DNA from: Candidatus Magasanikbacteria bacterium GW2011_GWA2_56_11
GTDB taxonomy: Bacteria; Patescibacteriota; Patescibacteriia; Magasanikbacterales; UBA922
NCBI GenBank assembly: GCA_001004885.1
Contig: LCRX01000004.1
Coordinates: forward strand, 11,178 to 75,177
Length of the DNA stretch: 64,000 nt
Direction: 5' to 3'
Under the pieces are notes generated by a model. The model saw only the letters and a program-made list of their open reading frames with translations, did not search any database and was not told the origin of the DNA. The translations under genes were made by a program, and so were the position numbers. Of this stretch, positions 62,391 to 64,000 are shown in pieces. How positions within the stretch are numbered: position 1 is the first letter of the stretch; each line of letters begins with the position of its first letter.

Positions 62391-63974
62391 CAGATAAAGC
62401 CGGCGGTTGGGGTTCCACCCGGGCACCGACTCGGCGCGTAAAACAGTATACGACTCGAGGGGAGACGCGCTGACTACGTACTCCTCCGTATTGTTAACAA
62501 TCAAATACCGTATCCACCACGGCGAACCGACCGGCCCCTTTTTCCTTCCTGAGGCCTGGGCTTCCCAGTAACTATGCCAGCCGTCCCATTCATAGCCGCC
62601 GTCGATCATCGCCGCCGGAGTGCCGGCAGATAGCACCGAATCGGCCAGGCGCCACCGGGTTTCATTCCACGCTAAATAGAAGGCGGTCTGGCTGAGGCTA
62701 AAGACGGCATAGAGCGCCAGCACCGCTCCCAAGGCAACATAGCCCAGAGGCCGGAATTGTTGTTCGCGCAGGCGATAGAGGACAAGCGCGGCAAGCAAGC
62801 TAAGTAAGGGCAGAAGGTAACGGTCAAAGCTTTGGAAAAGTAAGATCGGGGCCGATAGCAGCGCCAGAGACAGCCAGACGAAACGCAGTGCCGGCGGCGT
62901 TGCCCGCCGCGCGGAGAGAAATTGGACCAGCCAGCCAGCGCCCAGGGCGCCGGCGGCTGTGAGCGTTAAGCGGGCGAAATCGGTAAACAGCGGCACGAAG
63001 TCGCCGCGCAGGACACCCGCCATCGGTCCCAGGCCGAAGGCGTGAATCATATTGGGCGCGTAAGGAAAAAGCCGCTCGGTTCTAATAAATATCATCACTG
63101 CCAGAGCCAACATGACAGTACCCGCCGCCAAGGCGGGCAGTTTTTTGTCGCGAGGCCGGGCCGTGATCGCCCCCAAAATTAGCGGCAGAAAGAACAACCC
63201 GGAGTATATGAGCAGATACCAGATCCACCAGGCGCCATGGGAGAGGGCCGGGCGTATTCCGGAAATAAAGTGCAGGGAGCCTCCGGCGGGCAACAGATTT
63301 TTGGCGGCCAACCAGAGATAGACGGCTGCCCAGATCGCGAGCGGCAAGCCGAAGCCGAAGAGAATTTGGCGTCGGCTAAAGCGGTTTTGGTACCACAGCA
63401 GGGCCGCGATGCCGGCGGCGGCCAAGATCATCAGGTTGGTTTGCCGCGTGTAAAAACCCAGGACCGCGGCCAAACTGCCAACGCACAGCCAGCGGGCGCC
63501 GTCTCCGCTAAATGCGCGGTGGTAGGCGAACAGGCTGCCGGTAAGCAGGCAGAGCGCCGGGATGTCGGTCATGTAAGTGAAGGAAAGATTATACGCAATG
63601 GGGTTTAGCCAGACCAGCAGAGCGCCGATGAAAGCCAAGTCCTGGCGGCGGGTAACGCGGTGTAAAAAATAGTATGTCAGCAGAATAAGCGCCAGAGTGA
63701 AAGCCAGCGTTGTCAAGCGCAGGAGGGTAAAAGAAAAACCGCCGATTTTGGCGGCGAGCGCGCCGAGGAGTATGAGCCAGTGAAGCGTCGGCCCGGTAAA
63801 AGGGTTCATTTTGAGCTCGCCGGTTTCCACCCAGTGTCTAATCATTTCCGCGTGCACCCAGTCGTCGTTGAGAGCGAATTCGCCCGCCGGGGAGACGAAA
63901 AAAAATTGTACCGCGAAGAGTACAATTAAGAGTAAAGGGTAAGGGCGGTTGGCTGGCCGCATATTTATGGGCAA
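62349..63974 (-). CDS. Polytopic membrane GT-C-type glycosyltransferase (family 39/83-like, ArnT/PMT)
   Basis: 541 aa. The first loop carries ALNDDWVHAE (acidic DD/DE motif of GT-C). Convergently overlaps the previous gene by 42 nt. Confidence 0.55.
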   Translation of the reverse strand: MPINMRPANRPYPLLLIVLFAVQFFFVSPAGEFALNDDWVHAEMIRHWVETGELKMNPFTGPTLHWLILLGALAAKIGGFSFTLLRLTTLAFTLALILLTYYFLHRVTRRQDLAFIGALLVWLNPIAYNLSFTYMTDIPALCLLTGSLFAYHRAFSGDGARWLCVGSLAAVLGFYTRQTNLMILAAAGIAALLWYQNRFSRRQILFGFGLPLAIWAAVYLWLAAKNLLPAGGSLHFISGIRPALSHGAWWIWYLLIYSGLFFLPLILGAITARPRDKKLPALAAGTVMLALAVMIFIRTERLFPYAPNMIHAFGLGPMAGVLRGDFVPLFTDFARLTLTAAGALGAGWLVQFLSARRATPPALRFVWLSLALLSAPILLFQSFDRYLLPLLSLLAALVLYRLREQQFRPLGYVALGAVLALYAVFSLSQTAFYLAWNETRWRLADSVLSAGTPAAMIDGGYEWDGWHSYWEAQASGRKKGPVGSPWWIRYLIVNNTEEYVVSASPLESYTVLRAESVPGWNPNRRLYLLQRRQDDNTQAKP

Positions 63975-64000
63975 TATTACCGCTTGGCGGTTTTGGTAGG

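Noticed and set aside
1-64000. CRISPR arrays, rRNA genes, IS transposases, prophage genes
   Set aside because: No direct-repeat/spacer periodicity, no rRNA-like conserved stretches, and no transposase or phage structural ORFs were seen. The only repeats are the 155-nt palindromic elements and the pilin-paralog coding repeats.

Overview
Compact ~58% GC bacterial contig, coding on both strands, with small tightly packed genes, strong Shine-Dalgarno sites and several consensus TTGACA-N17-TATAGT/TATACT promoters. The gene content (type IV pilus parts, many small secreted or membrane proteins, DUF1059, a sparse metabolic repertoire) resembles CPR/Patescibacteria, but that cannot be proven from sequence alone.

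Main features:
- **Housekeeping and transport.** A disrupted pilB/gspE ATPase lies at the 5' end. A livJHMGF branched-chain amino-acid ABC operon sits on the minus strand. Other recognisable genes include nfo, mntP, a TrmB-like regulator, an ECF sigma/anti-sigma pair, a PIF1-family helicase, xseA/xseB, an AlkD-like repair protein, a SAM methyltransferase, a CAP-domain protein, arfB, a GerM/Gmad2 protein, recQ followed by a Cas4-like PD-(D/E)XK nuclease, and rpsF-ssb-rpsR.
- **Pilin-rich cluster (28.1-42.7 kb).** This ~14.6 kb co-directional plus-strand block holds three type IV pilus minor-pilin-like genes (class III prepilin leaders), galU, a sugar-binding protein, and at least 12 paralogous genes with a C-terminal TrbC/VirB2-like pilin domain fused to variable Cys-rich or Gly/Pro-rich ectodomains. 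Nine of these are in tight tandem, and a thirteenth copy is at 2.17 kb.
- **Minus-strand block.** It contains a GT28 glycosyltransferase, an unusual double ATP-grasp enzyme, a ParB-like/kinase-like protein, a KamA-family radical SAM enzyme, an ABC exporter, tRNA-His, a very high-GC3 GlpT/UhpT-family transporter, an SPFH protein, tRNA-Arg next to a XerC/D-type recombinase, a PfkB kinase and two GT-C membrane glycosyltransferases.

Most notable observations:
1. The expanded pilin-domain surface-protein family and its co-location with the pilus genes.
2. A ~155-nt nested-palindrome MITE/REP-like element in six copies, always directly flanking genes and co-oriented with them.
3. Two GC-rich compositional islands (27.4-27.9 kb and 52.3-54.5 kb) that suggest horizontal acquisition.
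4. A ~40-codon internal deletion plus frameshift in pilB.
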